Below, in pieces: positions 48,659-58,468 of a stretch of 64,000 nucleotides of DNA; the stretch's first letter is position 1; each line of letters starts with the position of its first letter. Both the position numbers and the translations under genes were made by a program. The notes below the pieces were generated by a model. It did not search any database. It saw only the letters and a program-made list of their open reading frames with translations, and was not told the origin of the DNA. The stretch is from positions 544,001 through 608,000 of the forward strand of contig CAWFXA010000003.1 in the NCBI GenBank assembly GCA_963819655.1, read 5' to 3'. Origin of the DNA: an uncultured Chloroflexia bacterium (lineage in GTDB: Bacteria; Chloroflexota; Limnocylindria; Limnocylindrales; CSP1-4).

Positions 48659-49687
48659 ATGCGGCCCCCGATTGCCCTGACGTTCCTCCTCGCCACGGCA
48701 GTCGTGCTGGCGTCGTGTGCCGGCCCGGTCGTCAGCGCCAGCCCCTCGGCCATCGCCCCGCTCACACCGATGCCCACTCCCCTCCCCTCGCGCATCATCC
48801 ACACCGGTTATAGGGCGGTCGAGACGGGCGAGCCGATCGAGCTCGCCGCGCTGTCCGGCCGGATCGTGTTCGACGACTTCGAGGATGTGTTCGCCATGGA
48901 CGTCGACGGCTCGAACGTCGTGATGGTTGCCGCCGATACCACTGGCCCGGAGTTCGACGGGGCCTGGTCGCCCGACGGCGGGTCGATCGTGTACCGGGAC
49001 TCGACGCGCGGCATCAACGAGGACGACGAGGTCTTCGTGGCGGAGGCCGACGGCTCGGAGCGGCGGAACATCACCAAAGACCCGGCCAACGACTGGGGCC
49101 CGGACTGGTCACCCGACGGATCGACCATCGCCTTCAACTCGGACCGTGACGGCGGCCAGCTCCGCGGGTACCTCGTCGACCCGGATGGCTCGAACCTCCG
49201 CGCGCTCGACATCGATGCCTGGGTTGAGTACCCATCGTTCTCGCCAGACGGCTTGGCGATCGCGTTCATGGGCCACGGGGCGGGCGACTACGAGATCTAT
49301 GCCGCCGACATCGCCACCGGCCAGACCCGGCAGCTGACCGACAACCCTGGCGGCGACGGCTGGCCGGTGTGGTCGCCGGACGGCTCGTCGATCGCCTTCA
49401 CCTCCGAACGGGACGACTGCTCGTTCGTGCCGCCGGATCAGGAGTGCTGGCGGACGGGCGAACCCGACGACCAGCATCGCGACGTCTGGGTCATGAACGC
49501 GGACGGTTCGGAGCGGCGTCGTGTCACGAGTGAGGCCGGCCAATTCGTCGCGTGGTCACCGGACGGCCGCTACCTCCTGGTGTCGGGTCGCGCGCTGTAC
49601 GTGGTCAGGCCGGACGGGACGGGCCGGTTGGAGCTCCGCGCCGACGGCATCGAGCGACCGCTCGGCGGCATCCCGGACTGGCGCTGA
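48659..49687 (+). CDS. Lipoprotein with TolB-like PD40 repeats
   Basis: Lipobox LASC; five WSPDG/FSPDG repeats. Confidence 0.9.
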   Translation: MRPPIALTFLLATAVVLASCAGPVVSASPSAIAPLTPMPTPLPSRIIHTGYRAVETGEPIELAALSGRIVFDDFEDVFAMDVDGSNVVMVAADTTGPEFDGAWSPDGGSIVYRDSTRGINEDDEVFVAEADGSERRNITKDPANDWGPDWSPDGSTIAFNSDRDGGQLRGYLVDPDGSNLRALDIDAWVEYPSFSPDGLAIAFMGHGAGDYEIYAADIATGQTRQLTDNPGGDGWPVWSPDGSSIAFTSERDDCSFVPPDQECWRTGEPDDQHRDVWVMNADGSERRRVTSEAGQFVAWSPDGRYLLVSGRALYVVRPDGTGRLELRADGIERPLGGIPDWR

Positions 49688-49714
49688 ACCTCGACGCCGA
49701 ACCGCGACGAACGG

Positions 49715-51182
49715 TCACGATCCGCGACGATGCCCAAGGAGCCGGTCTGCGACGGTCGCCGCCGATTCCAAGGCACCCTCGACCCAAGCGCCATTGCGCG
49801 AGAAGACCTCGCCACAGAGGTGGATCGGCAGCGTCGGGTCGGGCTGTGCGGCAAGGTCCATGACGTCGTCTGAGTTTGCGCCCGGGCGCCAGAAATGCCA
49901 GGCGACCTCGCGCGGGTCGGCGCCCCAGTGCTGGAAGGCCGAGCCCGCCGGGAAGGAGGGCACAGCTGCACCCGGATGCGCAGCCGCCAACCAGCCCCGG
50001 ACCGCTTCGAGGAGGGCGGCTGGGGCCGGTGCTCCGCCACTCCGTCCCTCGGCCAGGGCGACGATCGGCTCGTTGTGCCGGTGGTCGGTGTAGGCGGCGA
50101 GGATCGCGGCCGGTCGATCGGGTGCATCGTCGAAGTAGAAGGTCAGGCGGTTCGGAAGGTCGGTCGTCGTCCGGAGGCCGGTCGGAGGGTCGGCGCCCCC
50201 GCGCCACCAGGGTCGGTCGTACCAGCAGTAGAGCTTGGTGCCCGGGTAGCCCTCGATCGATCGGTAAAGCCGTTGCCAGGTCGGCCCGTTGATGACAGTG
50301 GAGGCACCGGCGACCGCCTCGAGGGCCGGGATCGGCAGCGTCAGAACGAGCCGTTGCGCGCGGATGCCTGAGCCGTCCGCGAAGCCGAGGAGGACGCTCC
50401 CATCCGCCACCTCCACCCGCTGTACGTCATGGCCGAGCCGGACCGTCCCGCCGAGCGCCTCAAAGCGGGCAGCGAGCTCGCGAGGGATCCGATCCATGCC
50501 GTCGTCGGGCACGCGCGCCTTGCCTGATGGGTAGCCGGTGCCCATCACGTATTGGATGGCGTCGCTGGCGTTGTGCGGCCGTATGCCCGAGTCGTAGCCG
50601 AACGCGTCGGTCGCGAAGCGATGGCCCTCGGCGCTGAGGATCGTCCCGACGGCTTCCTCGATCGACCAATCCGTGAGCGGTCGCCCGCCGAACGTCGCTG
50701 TCGCCCGAAGTCGACGCCAGCCGGACATATCGAGCTCGCGTGCCTGCGGCACGATCCTGAGGAACGCGTCCTGCATGAGATCCGACGCCGACCGTCCCGA
50801 CTCAGCGGGCGGCAGGTCGTAGGCGCGGCCACCGTCGGGATCGTCCGGGCTGCGGCCGACGATGCCACGGAGGAACGTTCGCTCGGGCTGTGCGGCGGGA
50901 TCGAACGCGCGCGTCTCGATCTCCAACTCGTCGACGACCGACTGGACCAGCCGATGCCCGGACATGTAGCGCATGCCACCGAGTTCGATCGGGTGCGCCA
51001 AGCCGTCGACCCTCATGGACCAGAGCCGTCCACCGATCCGGCGCGACCGCTCGAAGATCGCGATCCGCCAGTCGGGCCGGGCGTGGAGGAGCCGATCCGC
51101 GAGATACGTCCCGGCCGCGCCTGCTCCCGACGATCGCGACATCGAGCTCGCCGCCGTCCACGGGCTCGTCGGGCATCGTCAC
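49715..51182 (-). CDS. Flavin monoamine / L-amino-acid oxidase family; frameshift near 51130
   Basis: LDVAIVG / AGAAG split across frames, RIGGR, ELGGMRY, CGE...AWVEGALES. Confidence 0.87.
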
Positions 51183-51205
51183 GCCCGGAGTATCAACCCA
51201 CGGTG

Positions 51206-51763
51206 TCAGCCGCCGTCGAACTCCCAGCGGGTCGGCTTCGGCAGCGCTGACTGTTCGAACTGGTCCATCCCCAACATGCCGGGGAGGCCGAACGCCTTCG
51301 ACGGGCGAAATCGAAAGATCGTGTACGGCGGCGGGCCGGCGGTCGGGGCGTTCGGACCGTCGACCTTGTCCCCGCTGGCCTCGAGTGGCCAGCCGCTCTT
51401 GGTGAGGGACTCGGCGATGTGCCTCACCTCATCGTCGTCAGTCAAGGGTTCGGCGCGGCCCTCGAGGACGATATCGAGTGACGGGAGTGTCGTGCTCGTC
51501 GTTGCGATGACGCATCGACCATCGGCGGCGAGGTTGCGCGCCTTCCGCGTCCCCTCCCCTGCCACGATGTGGATCGCGCCATCGATCCAGGTTGCGATCA
51601 CGGGCATGAGGTGTGGCCGACCGTCCGGACGCGTCGTCGCGAGCCAGCTGGTCCTCTGGAATTCGGGATTCGCGAGGCGCTCCCGCGCCATGTCCCATGA
51701 AGTCGTCTCGGACTCGTCCCCGACCAGCGACTGCACGCGTCGCGGTGCGCGTTCCTCTGTCAC
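51206..51763 (-). CDS. Pyridoxamine 5'-phosphate oxidase-like (PPOX) protein
   Basis: WLATTRPDGRPHLMPV, RKARNL; AAAGGAGG RBS. Confidence 0.88.
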   Translation of the reverse strand: MTEERAPRRVQSLVGDESETTSWDMARERLANPEFQRTSWLATTRPDGRPHLMPVIATWIDGAIHIVAGEGTRKARNLAADGRCVIATTSTTLPSLDIVLEGRAEPLTDDDEVRHIAESLTKSGWPLEASGDKVDGPNAPTAGPPPYTIFRFRPSKAFGLPGMLGMDQFEQSALPKPTRWEFDGG

Positions 51764-51817
51764 ACCAACCTCCTTTGGTTCTCGTTCGACATACTGCCCC
51801 GGAGTATCGGCCGGAGG

Positions 51818-51880
51818 TTGTCAAGACAACCGTTTTCGGGTAAGATACTGGTTGCACGGCGTGTCAAGGCTTGACACGCC
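51818..51880 (+). promoter_or_regulatory. Sigma70 promoter and palindrome upstream of the RpoD paralogue
   Basis: TTGTCA (51818) - 17 nt - TAAGAT (51841); palindrome GGCGTGTCAAG-G-CTTGACACGCC at 51858-51880; GTTGTC-AA-GACAAC overlaps the -35. Confidence 0.65.
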
Positions 51881-52011
51881 AGCACTTGTGTCCGGCGCTT
51901 GGCGGAGCCGGCACGCGAGCCGCGGTCCCAAGGCGGATGGGATTCGGCCATTACCCGACACAACAGCGGGCGAAGGCGCATCGCCATGCGCGGTCGCTAC
52001 ACGGAGCACCC

Positions 52012-53556
52012 TTGATCCAGTTTCCTGACAACTCTCAACTGAATGACACCGAGCCGGCGGATCCGGTCGTGGCCGCCGTCGAGCTCGAGCAGATCGAGCT
52101 TGAGACGGTCATCGAGGACGTCCCGAGCACACGCCCGACGAAGACCGATCCCGACGCCGACACCGATGCGGATGTCGACGACGCTGCCCTCGACATGGAG
52201 GACTCGACGCGCCTGTACCTCCGCGAGATCGCGCGCGTACCGCTGCTGACGGCTGAAGAGGAAGTCATGCTGGCCAAGGCCATCGAGCTTGGGAGCCGTA
52301 TCCGAACCGAACCGTGGACGGCCATCCTCGATCTTCACGAGTGGACCCTCCACGACGCGGAGGCTACCGCGCGCGCCAAGCATCCGGTGTACGCCCTGCC
52401 TTCGGGCGCGGACGCTCACCGGATCGTGCGCAGCGCGCTGGGCGACGAATCGGCCGGCGATCTGCTCACGACCGCCCCGCGCTTCGGCTTCACCGAGGCG
52501 ATCCGTTCAGCAGGGCACGGACCCGCGTCCGACCTCCTGGAGCGAGCCCGTGCCCTCCGCGCGGTCTACAACGAGCGACTCGATTCGGAGTCGTTCCTCG
52601 CGCTCCTCGATTGGGCACACGCGGTCGGCCACCACCCGGCACTCCGGGAGGATGAGAGTTCCAAGGCGATGCTCGCCTGGGCGCGCGACGAGGTCGCGAT
52701 CCCGGCGCTCCGTCGATGGGTCGAGGCCGGTCACGACGACGACATCTTCGCAACGCTGGGGCACCGACCCGAGGCCGATGACGAGCCGACAGGCGTCCTC
52801 ATCGACCAGGCGAGGGGCGCTCGAGATCACATGATCTCGGCCAACCTGCGACTCGTCGTCGCGAATGCCAAGAAGTACATGAACCGCGGCCTCGGCTTCC
52901 TGGACCTGATCCAGGAAGGCAATGCCGGGCTGATGCGTGCCGTCGACAAGTTCGAATGGCAGCGCGGCTTCAAGTTCTCGACGTACGCCACGTGGTGGAT
53001 CCGCCAGGCGGTCCAGCGCGGCGTCGCCGACCAGTCGCGGACGATCCGCGTCCCGGTCCATATGGTCGAGACGATGCAGCGCGTCACTCGAACGACCCGG
53101 GAGCTGACGGTCCAGCTCGGGCGCGAGCCCACGGCAGCGGAGATCGCGGCGACCCTGTCCGAGGATCCGCGCTGGACCATCACGCCGGAACGCGTCGAAG
53201 AGGTGAAGCGCTACGGTCGCACGCCGATCTCGCTCGCGACTCCGATCGGCGAAGACGGCGATACCGAGCTCGGTGCGCTGATCGAGGACGAGAGCGCTGT
53301 GTCGCCGGTCGACGCCGCCACGAATCAGCTCCTCAGGGAGCAGCTCGACCGGGTCCTCGACAGTCTCGATGGCCGCGAGGAACGGGTGATCCGGCTCCGC
53401 TTCGGCCTCGATGACGGTCGACCGCGGACGCTCGAGGAGGTCGGACAGGAGTTCGGCCTGACGCGCGAGCGGATCCGGCAGATCGAGTCCCACGCGCTCG
53501 GCAAGCTCCGGCATCCGTCCCGCAGCCGAAAGCTTCGCGAGTACGCCTCGGGCTAG
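52012..53556 (+). CDS. RpoD/SigA-family sigma factor (short acidic N-terminus, long insertion between regions 1.2 and 2)
   Basis: [65 protein letters not shown]...TRERIRQIE; TTG start after GGAG. Confidence 0.93.
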   Translation: MIQFPDNSQLNDTEPADPVVAAVELEQIELETVIEDVPSTRPTKTDPDADTDADVDDAALDMEDSTRLYLREIARVPLLTAEEEVMLAKAIELGSRIRTEPWTAILDLHEWTLHDAEATARAKHPVYALPSGADAHRIVRSALGDESAGDLLTTAPRFGFTEAIRSAGHGPASDLLERARALRAVYNERLDSESFLALLDWAHAVGHHPALREDESSKAMLAWARDEVAIPALRRWVEAGHDDDIFATLGHRPEADDEPTGVLIDQARGARDHMISANLRLVVANAKKYMNRGLGFLDLIQEGNAGLMRAVDKFEWQRGFKFSTYATWWIRQAVQRGVADQSRTIRVPVHMVETMQRVTRTTRELTVQLGREPTAAEIAATLSEDPRWTITPERVEEVKRYGRTPISLATPIGEDGDTELGALIEDESAVSPVDAATNQLLREQLDRVLDSLDGREERVIRLRFGLDDGRPRTLEEVGQEFGLTRERIRQIESHALGKLRHPSRSRKLREYASG

Positions 53557-53609
53557 GGTGCGGCTATCCGCTCGCGATCGTGCCCACGGATCGAGCATCG
53601 TGGAGTTCG

Positions 53610-53898
53610 AAGACTCCTCCTCCGGACTCAGGATCGGGTCCGGGAGGTGGGTCTCCAGGGACGCTTCGCGGCGCGTGTTGCGCGATCGCAGCATGTTGAG
53701 GGAGACCCGCCCGACGACCGTCGTCAACCAGGCCCGCAGGTTGTCGACATCGCTCGTGTCGGTGCGGCTCAGACGGACCCAGGCTTCCTGGGCGGCATCG
53801 TCCGCCTCGGTCAGGGAGCCGAGCATCCGAAAGGCGACGCCGCGCAGGTGGGGGCGGTTCGCCTCGAAGCGCTCGGCGAGCCAGTCCTGGTCGTTCAC
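53610..53898 (-). pseudogene. 5' fragment (region 2) of an ECF41-type sigma factor
   Basis: WLAERFEANRPHLRGVAFRMLGSLTEADDAAQEAW...LSPEEE, homologous to 62772-63672; the frame then runs into the antisense strand of the RpoD paralogue. Confidence 0.85.
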
Positions 53899-53936
53899 AT
53901 GTCCTTGACCCGCGGGCCCGCGCTCATGTGACCGAT

Positions 53937-54281
53937 TCAGGGAGCCTCGGCGAACGCGATCGCGTTCCCATCCGGATCCGGGATGTTCACGTGGCGGACG
54001 CCGTTCGAGTAGGTCTCGATCGGTTCGTGCTCGATGCCCTGGGCCGCGAGGTGCTCCAGGAGCCCGTCGAGCCCGGTCACCCCGAGCGTGATCCTGCCCG
54101 CGCCCGCCTGCGCCGCGTTCGGCTCGATGAAGAGCGTGGCGTGCTCGTCGATGTCCCAGAGCACCTCGTCCCCGGCGTGCATGTCCGGGGGTCGCCCGAA
54201 GAACCGCGTGTACCAATCGATGCTGGCGTCGAGATCGGAGACCGGGACACCTGCGTAGAGGTTGGTGATCGCGCCCTGCAC
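53937..54281 (-). CDS. VOC family protein
   Basis: VPVSDLDASIDWYTRFFGRPPD...DPDGNAIAF. Confidence 0.88.
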   Translation of the reverse strand: MQGAITNLYAGVPVSDLDASIDWYTRFFGRPPDMHAGDEVLWDIDEHATLFIEPNAAQAGAGRITLGVTGLDGLLEHLAAQGIEHEPIETYSNGVRHVNIPDPDGNAIAFAEAP

Positions 54282-54293
54282 TGCATCTCCCTC

Positions 54294-55700
54294 TCAGCCG
54301 CTCATTGGCTCCACGTTGTGGTTCAGGTGGAAGACGTTGGTCGGGTCCCATGCCCGCTTGAGCGCACCGAGGCGCTCGAGCTTGGCGTCGCCGTAACTTG
54401 ACCGAGTCACCTCGGGGCCGGCGTCGGACAGCTCGTTGATGTAACGGCCCGGAAGGCGGTCGGGCTCCACGATCGCCATCGCCTGGCGTACCCATTCCAT
54501 ATTCGCCGCGTCGAGGTCCGGGTCGGACCACCCCGTGTCGGGGCTCACGTCGAACGGCACGGTTCGCCCGGTGAAGGCCATCGCGTCGTCCGGGATGCGA
54601 GCGATCGCGCCGCCCATCGCCGTCACAGAGATGCTGCTGTCGCCCGGAACGCGCTCCACGTGCGCGACGAATGCATCCAGCACCGCCGGGGAGCAATCCG
54701 CGACGTAGCCGCCGAGGATAGCCGTCCGGGACCCCCAGGCGAGGTCGAGGTCGCTAGAGCGCTGGGCAACCAGGTACTCCTCGCTGGTGGCCGTCACCGA
54801 AGCCGGTGCCGGGCCCTTGAGCAACGAGGCGATCTCGCGCTCGACGTCCTCCCCTGCCCCGCTGTGGTTGTAGGAGATGACGACGATGGGCCGGCCGGCG
54901 ACGGCATCGGGATAGTTCGCGGCCGGCTCGGCAAGGGCGACAGTGAAGATCGCCGCGATCGTGTCGGGCGCCGCCGCCGCGAACTCGCGAAAGATCGGCC
55001 ACAGCTCCTGGATGTCGGTCGCCGGGTGGACGTGCACTCCTCGGTGGAGGGTCCCCGGAAATGGATGGACCTCGAGCTCGAGACTCGTCGCGACGCCGAA
55101 GTTCGCGCCTGCGCCGCACAGGCCCCAGAACAGCTCCGGCTCCTCGTCCGCGCTGGCCCGCACGACGCGCCCGTCGGCGGTCACGAGCTCGACCGCGCGC
55201 AGGCTATCGATCGTCAGCCCGAACCGCCGCTGCAGCCGGCCGACGCCGCCACCGAGCGTCAGCCCGGCCACGCCGGTATGGCCGACGACTCCCACCGGAC
55301 AGACGAGCCCGTGCTCCTGCGCCGCGATGTCGAGCTTGCCGAGCAGCGCCCCGCCGCCGGCCCGGGCGAGCCGCCGCGCCGGGTCGACGCTGACGTCGCT
55401 CATCAGCCCGAGATCGATGACCAGACCGCCGTCGGTCGTCGAGTGCCCGACCGCGCTGTGACCGCCGCCGCGGACGGCGATCTCGAGGTCGCGCTCGCGG
55501 CCGAAACGGACGGCGGCGACCACGTCGTCGACGTTCGAGGGTCGGACGATCAGGGTCGGTCGACGATCGAACATCGCATTCCAGACGCGCCGGGCATCGT
55601 CGTAGCCGGCGGCATCCGGCGTGACGACCTCGCCCGCGAAGGATCGCTGAAACTCATCGAGTTGGGCCCGGGTTGGCATGACGGCGTGCGAGAAGGTCAT
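54294..55700 (-). CDS. FAD-binding oxidoreductase (BBE / 6-hydroxy-D-nicotine oxidase-like)
   Basis: VRGGGHS covalent-FAD His, GLTLGGGVG, GAGANFG, YIN, KRAWDPTNVFHLNHN. Confidence 0.93.
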   Translation of the reverse strand: MTFSHAVMPTRAQLDEFQRSFAGEVVTPDAAGYDDARRVWNAMFDRRPTLIVRPSNVDDVVAAVRFGRERDLEIAVRGGGHSAVGHSTTDGGLVIDLGLMSDVSVDPARRLARAGGGALLGKLDIAAQEHGLVCPVGVVGHTGVAGLTLGGGVGRLQRRFGLTIDSLRAVELVTADGRVVRASADEEPELFWGLCGAGANFGVATSLELEVHPFPGTLHRGVHVHPATDIQELWPIFREFAAAAPDTIAAIFTVALAEPAANYPDAVAGRPIVVISYNHSGAGEDVEREIASLLKGPAPASVTATSEEYLVAQRSSDLDLAWGSRTAILGGYVADCSPAVLDAFVAHVERVPGDSSISVTAMGGAIARIPDDAMAFTGRTVPFDVSPDTGWSDPDLDAANMEWVRQAMAIVEPDRLPGRYINELSDAGPEVTRSSYGDAKLERLGALKRAWDPTNVFHLNHNVEPMSG

Positions 55701-55728
55701 GCGGGGAGCCTAGTCCGTCGAGCGGCCG

Positions 55729-56613
55729 TTAGTCGCGGGGAAGGGCCGTGGGGGCCGACTCCGTGCGGACGGCGCCCACGCTCGCGGCCGTCACACACGC
55801 CATCGCCAGCAGTTGCAGGGGCGCGAGCACCTCGCTGAGCAGGACCGCGGCGACGAGGGCAGCGGCGGCCGGTTCCAGGCTCATCAAGATGCCGAACACC
55901 CGCGGCGGCATGGTGCGCAGCGCCACCATCTCGAGGCTGTAGGGGACCACCGAACTCAGCAGGCCGACCAGCGCCCCCAACACCAGCAGACGGGGATCGA
56001 GCAGCCGCTCGCCGGCGACCACCACCGCGAACGGTGCGATCGCCAGCGTGGCGATGGTGCTGGCCACGGCCAGCCCCTCGACGCCGGCCCAGCGGCGTCC
56101 CGTGGCTGCCGTGGCGACGATGTACAGCGCCCAGCAGCCGCCTGCGAACAGCGCCAGACCGAACCCGAGGGGGTCGACGTTGGTCGGGCCGGCGCCGAGC
56201 AGGACGATGCCGAGGGCGGCCAGGCCCACCCACACCAGGTCGCGGGGCCGCCGGCTGCCGACCGCGGCCAGCAATAGCGGACCCCAGAACTCGATGGTGA
56301 CCGCCACACCGAGCGGGATGCGGGCGAACGACTCGTAGAACGCCCAGTTCATCGCGCCGAGCGCGAACCCCAGCGCCAGCACCGGCCGCCAGTCGGTGGC
56401 CGACCGGCCGCGCAGCCGCGGCCGGACAAAGGCGAGCAGGACCAGGGAACTGGTGGTCAGCCGGAGGAACACCATCCCGACCGGTGGGATCTCTCCGAAC
56501 TGGCCTTTGGAGATCACGGCACCGAACTGCACCGACAGGATGCCGATCAGAACCAGCCAGACAGGAGACAAGCGGGGCGTGGCCACGCGGTCCAGGGCCT
56601 CGTGGGACGGCAT
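55729..56613 (-). CDS. EamA/RhtA-type DMT transporter
   Basis: SVQFGA, RIPLGVAVTIEF.GPL, PYSLEMVALR, LMSLEPA. Confidence 0.92.
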   Translation of the reverse strand: MPSHEALDRVATPRLSPVWLVLIGILSVQFGAVISKGQFGEIPPVGMVFLRLTTSSLVLLAFVRPRLRGRSATDWRPVLALGFALGAMNWAFYESFARIPLGVAVTIEFWGPLLLAAVGSRRPRDLVWVGLAALGIVLLGAGPTNVDPLGFGLALFAGGCWALYIVATAATGRRWAGVEGLAVASTIATLAIAPFAVVVAGERLLDPRLLVLGALVGLLSSVVPYSLEMVALRTMPPRVFGILMSLEPAAAALVAAVLLSEVLAPLQLLAMACVTAASVGAVRTESAPTALPRD

Positions 56614-56646
56614 GCGCGGACGGTACGACACCTGTCCCGGTGTGGC

Positions 56647-56680
56647 TTGACAGGACCGTTATACAACCGTATGGTTGTAT
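56647..56680 (+). promoter_or_regulatory. Promoter with overlapping ArsR autoregulatory operator
   Basis: TTGACA (56647) - 17 nt - TATGGT (56670); palindrome ATACAACC-GTAT-GGTTGTAT at 56661-56680; leaderless ATG 56683. Confidence 0.8.
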
Positions 56681-56682
56681 CA

Positions 56683-57018
56683 ATGCAAACAGCATTTGAC
56701 CCCGACGCCATCTTCGCGGCCATGGCCGATGCCACTCGACGCGACATCGTGTTGCGTGCGTTGAGCGGCCGCGAGGGCGTTGCCGAGCTCGCCGCGCACT
56801 ACCCGATGAGCTTCGCGGCGGTGCAGAAGCACGTCGCGGTCCTCGAGCGTGCCGGCCTGGTCACCAAGCATCGCAGCGGCCGCCGCAAGCTCGTGCGGAC
56901 CAACATCGAGGGGCTCCGCCTGGCGCGCGGGCTGCTCGACCAGCTCGAGGCCCTGTGGCGCGGCCGCATCGATCGGATGACCGACCTCATCACCCGCAGC
57001 AAGGAGATCCAGGCATGA
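56683..57018 (+). CDS. ArsR/SmtB-family regulator
   Basis: FAAMADATRRDI, MSFAAVQKHVAVLERAGLV. Confidence 0.92.
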   Translation: MQTAFDPDAIFAAMADATRRDIVLRALSGREGVAELAAHYPMSFAAVQKHVAVLERAGLVTKHRSGRRKLVRTNIEGLRLARGLLDQLEALWRGRIDRMTDLITRSKEIQA

Positions 57019-57515
57019 CTGTCACCTCCGTCCAAAAGGATCCAGAGGCCCTGACCCTGACCGTGACGGCCGAGTTCGACGCGACCCCGGAACGTGTCTG
57101 GGACTTGTGGGCCGATCCGCGCAAGCTCGAGCGATGGTGGGGTCCCCCGACCTACCCGGCGACCTTCACGGCCCACGACCTGGCGCCCGGCAGCCGGGTC
57201 GAATACCACATGACCGGGCCGAGCGGCGATCAGCCGCGCGGCTACTGGGACATCCTCGAGGCCGAGCCACCGCGTCGGCTCGTCTTCCGCGATGGGTTCG
57301 CCAATGACGACGGCTCACCCAACGACGACTTCCCTCGTAATGAGGTCCAGGCGACGATCGAGCCGATCGAGGCAGGACGCAGCCGCATGTTCATCGAAAG
57401 CCGCTTCCCCAGCACTGAGGCGATGCAGCAGTTGGTCGCCATGGGCATGGTGGAAGGCCTCACCGAAGCCGTCGGCCAGATCGACGCGCTTCTCGCGGAA
57501 GGAAACCCAGCATGA
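57015..57515 (+). CDS. SRPBCC/AHSA1 domain protein
   Basis: FDATPERVWDLWADPRKLERWWGP, MGMVEG; ATGA overlap. Confidence 0.92.
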   Translation: MTVTSVQKDPEALTLTVTAEFDATPERVWDLWADPRKLERWWGPPTYPATFTAHDLAPGSRVEYHMTGPSGDQPRGYWDILEAEPPRRLVFRDGFANDDGSPNDDFPRNEVQATIEPIEAGRSRMFIESRFPSTEAMQQLVAMGMVEGLTEAVGQIDALLAEGNPA

Positions 57516-58384
57516 CCACGATGACCGAGCCGACCACGCAAACCCTGGACGTTCCGGGGGCCACGCTCACGTACGACGTCCGGAAGACCGACTCCCCTGC
57601 CCCGGTGCTGTTCATGATCGGGTCGCCGATGGGCGCCGGCGGCTTCGGCACCCTTGCCGGGCATTTCACCGATCGCACGGTCGTGACCTACGACCCGCGC
57701 GGCGTGGAGCGCAGCACGAAAGCCGATCCGGCCAGCCAGTCCACGCCCGAGCAGCACGCGGACGACGTGCATCGCATCATCACCGAGCTCGGTCTGGGCC
57801 CGGTCGATCTCTTTGCCAGCAGCGGTGGCGCGGTCAACGCGCTCGCCCTCGTCGCGAAGCACCCGGAAGATGTCCGGACGCTCGTTGCGCACGAGCCGCC
57901 GCTCGCGTCCATCCTGCCGGATCGCGAGGGCGCGATGGCATACACCCAGGCGATCCATGACACGTACCAGCGCAGCGGGTTCGGCGCCGGGATGGCGCAG
58001 TTCATCGCCGCCGTCAGCCACGCGGGACCCATCACCCTGGAGTTCGCCGCCCAACCGGGTCCCGATCCGGCGATGTTCGGGCTGCCCACCGAGGATGACG
58101 GCAACCGAACCGACGTCCTGCTCGGACAGAACATCGTCACCTGCACGCACTACGAGCCCGACTTCGACGCGTTGCGGGCGGCCTCGACGCGGATCGTGCT
58201 GTGTTCCGGTGTGGAGTCCGAGGGTCAGATGGCGAGCCGTGGTGCGCACGCCGCGGCCGAGCGGCTGGGCACCACCCCGGTGTCGTTCCCCAGCGACCAC
58301 GGCGGCTTCCTCGGCGGCGAGTACGGCCAGGCCGGCGATCCGGATGCCTTCGCCGCAAAGCTGCGCGAGGTCCTCGCGGACTGA
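57512..58384 (+). CDS. Alpha/beta hydrolase
   Basis: YDPRG, FASSGGA, AHEPP, FPSDHGGF. Confidence 0.9.
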   Translation: MTTMTEPTTQTLDVPGATLTYDVRKTDSPAPVLFMIGSPMGAGGFGTLAGHFTDRTVVTYDPRGVERSTKADPASQSTPEQHADDVHRIITELGLGPVDLFASSGGAVNALALVAKHPEDVRTLVAHEPPLASILPDREGAMAYTQAIHDTYQRSGFGAGMAQFIAAVSHAGPITLEFAAQPGPDPAMFGLPTEDDGNRTDVLLGQNIVTCTHYEPDFDALRAASTRIVLCSGVESEGQMASRGAHAAAERLGTTPVSFPSDHGGFLGGEYGQAGDPDAFAAKLREVLAD

Positions 58385-58405
58385 CATCAAATCCCCAGCG
58401 AACAG

Positions 58406-58434
58406 ACGCCCGCCCGGCACCGTCGAGCGGGCGT
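58406..58434. terminator. Probable terminator hairpin
   Basis: ACGCCCGC...GCGGGCGT stem after the hydrolase stop. Confidence 0.45.
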
Positions 58435-58468
58435 TGCCATGTCTCGCGTGCGGTCTAGTCTTGAGGCC

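Noticed and set aside
26266-51182. Programmed frameshifting or pseudogene status for the split genes
   Set aside because: No consistent slippery heptamer or stimulatory structure; the pattern fits homopolymer sequencing errors
52507-54696. 729-aa minus-strand ORF as a real fusion protein
   Set aside because: It is an off-frame read of two real genes, plus the ECF fragment, plus antisense of the RpoD paralogue; long open shadow frames are expected at this GC content
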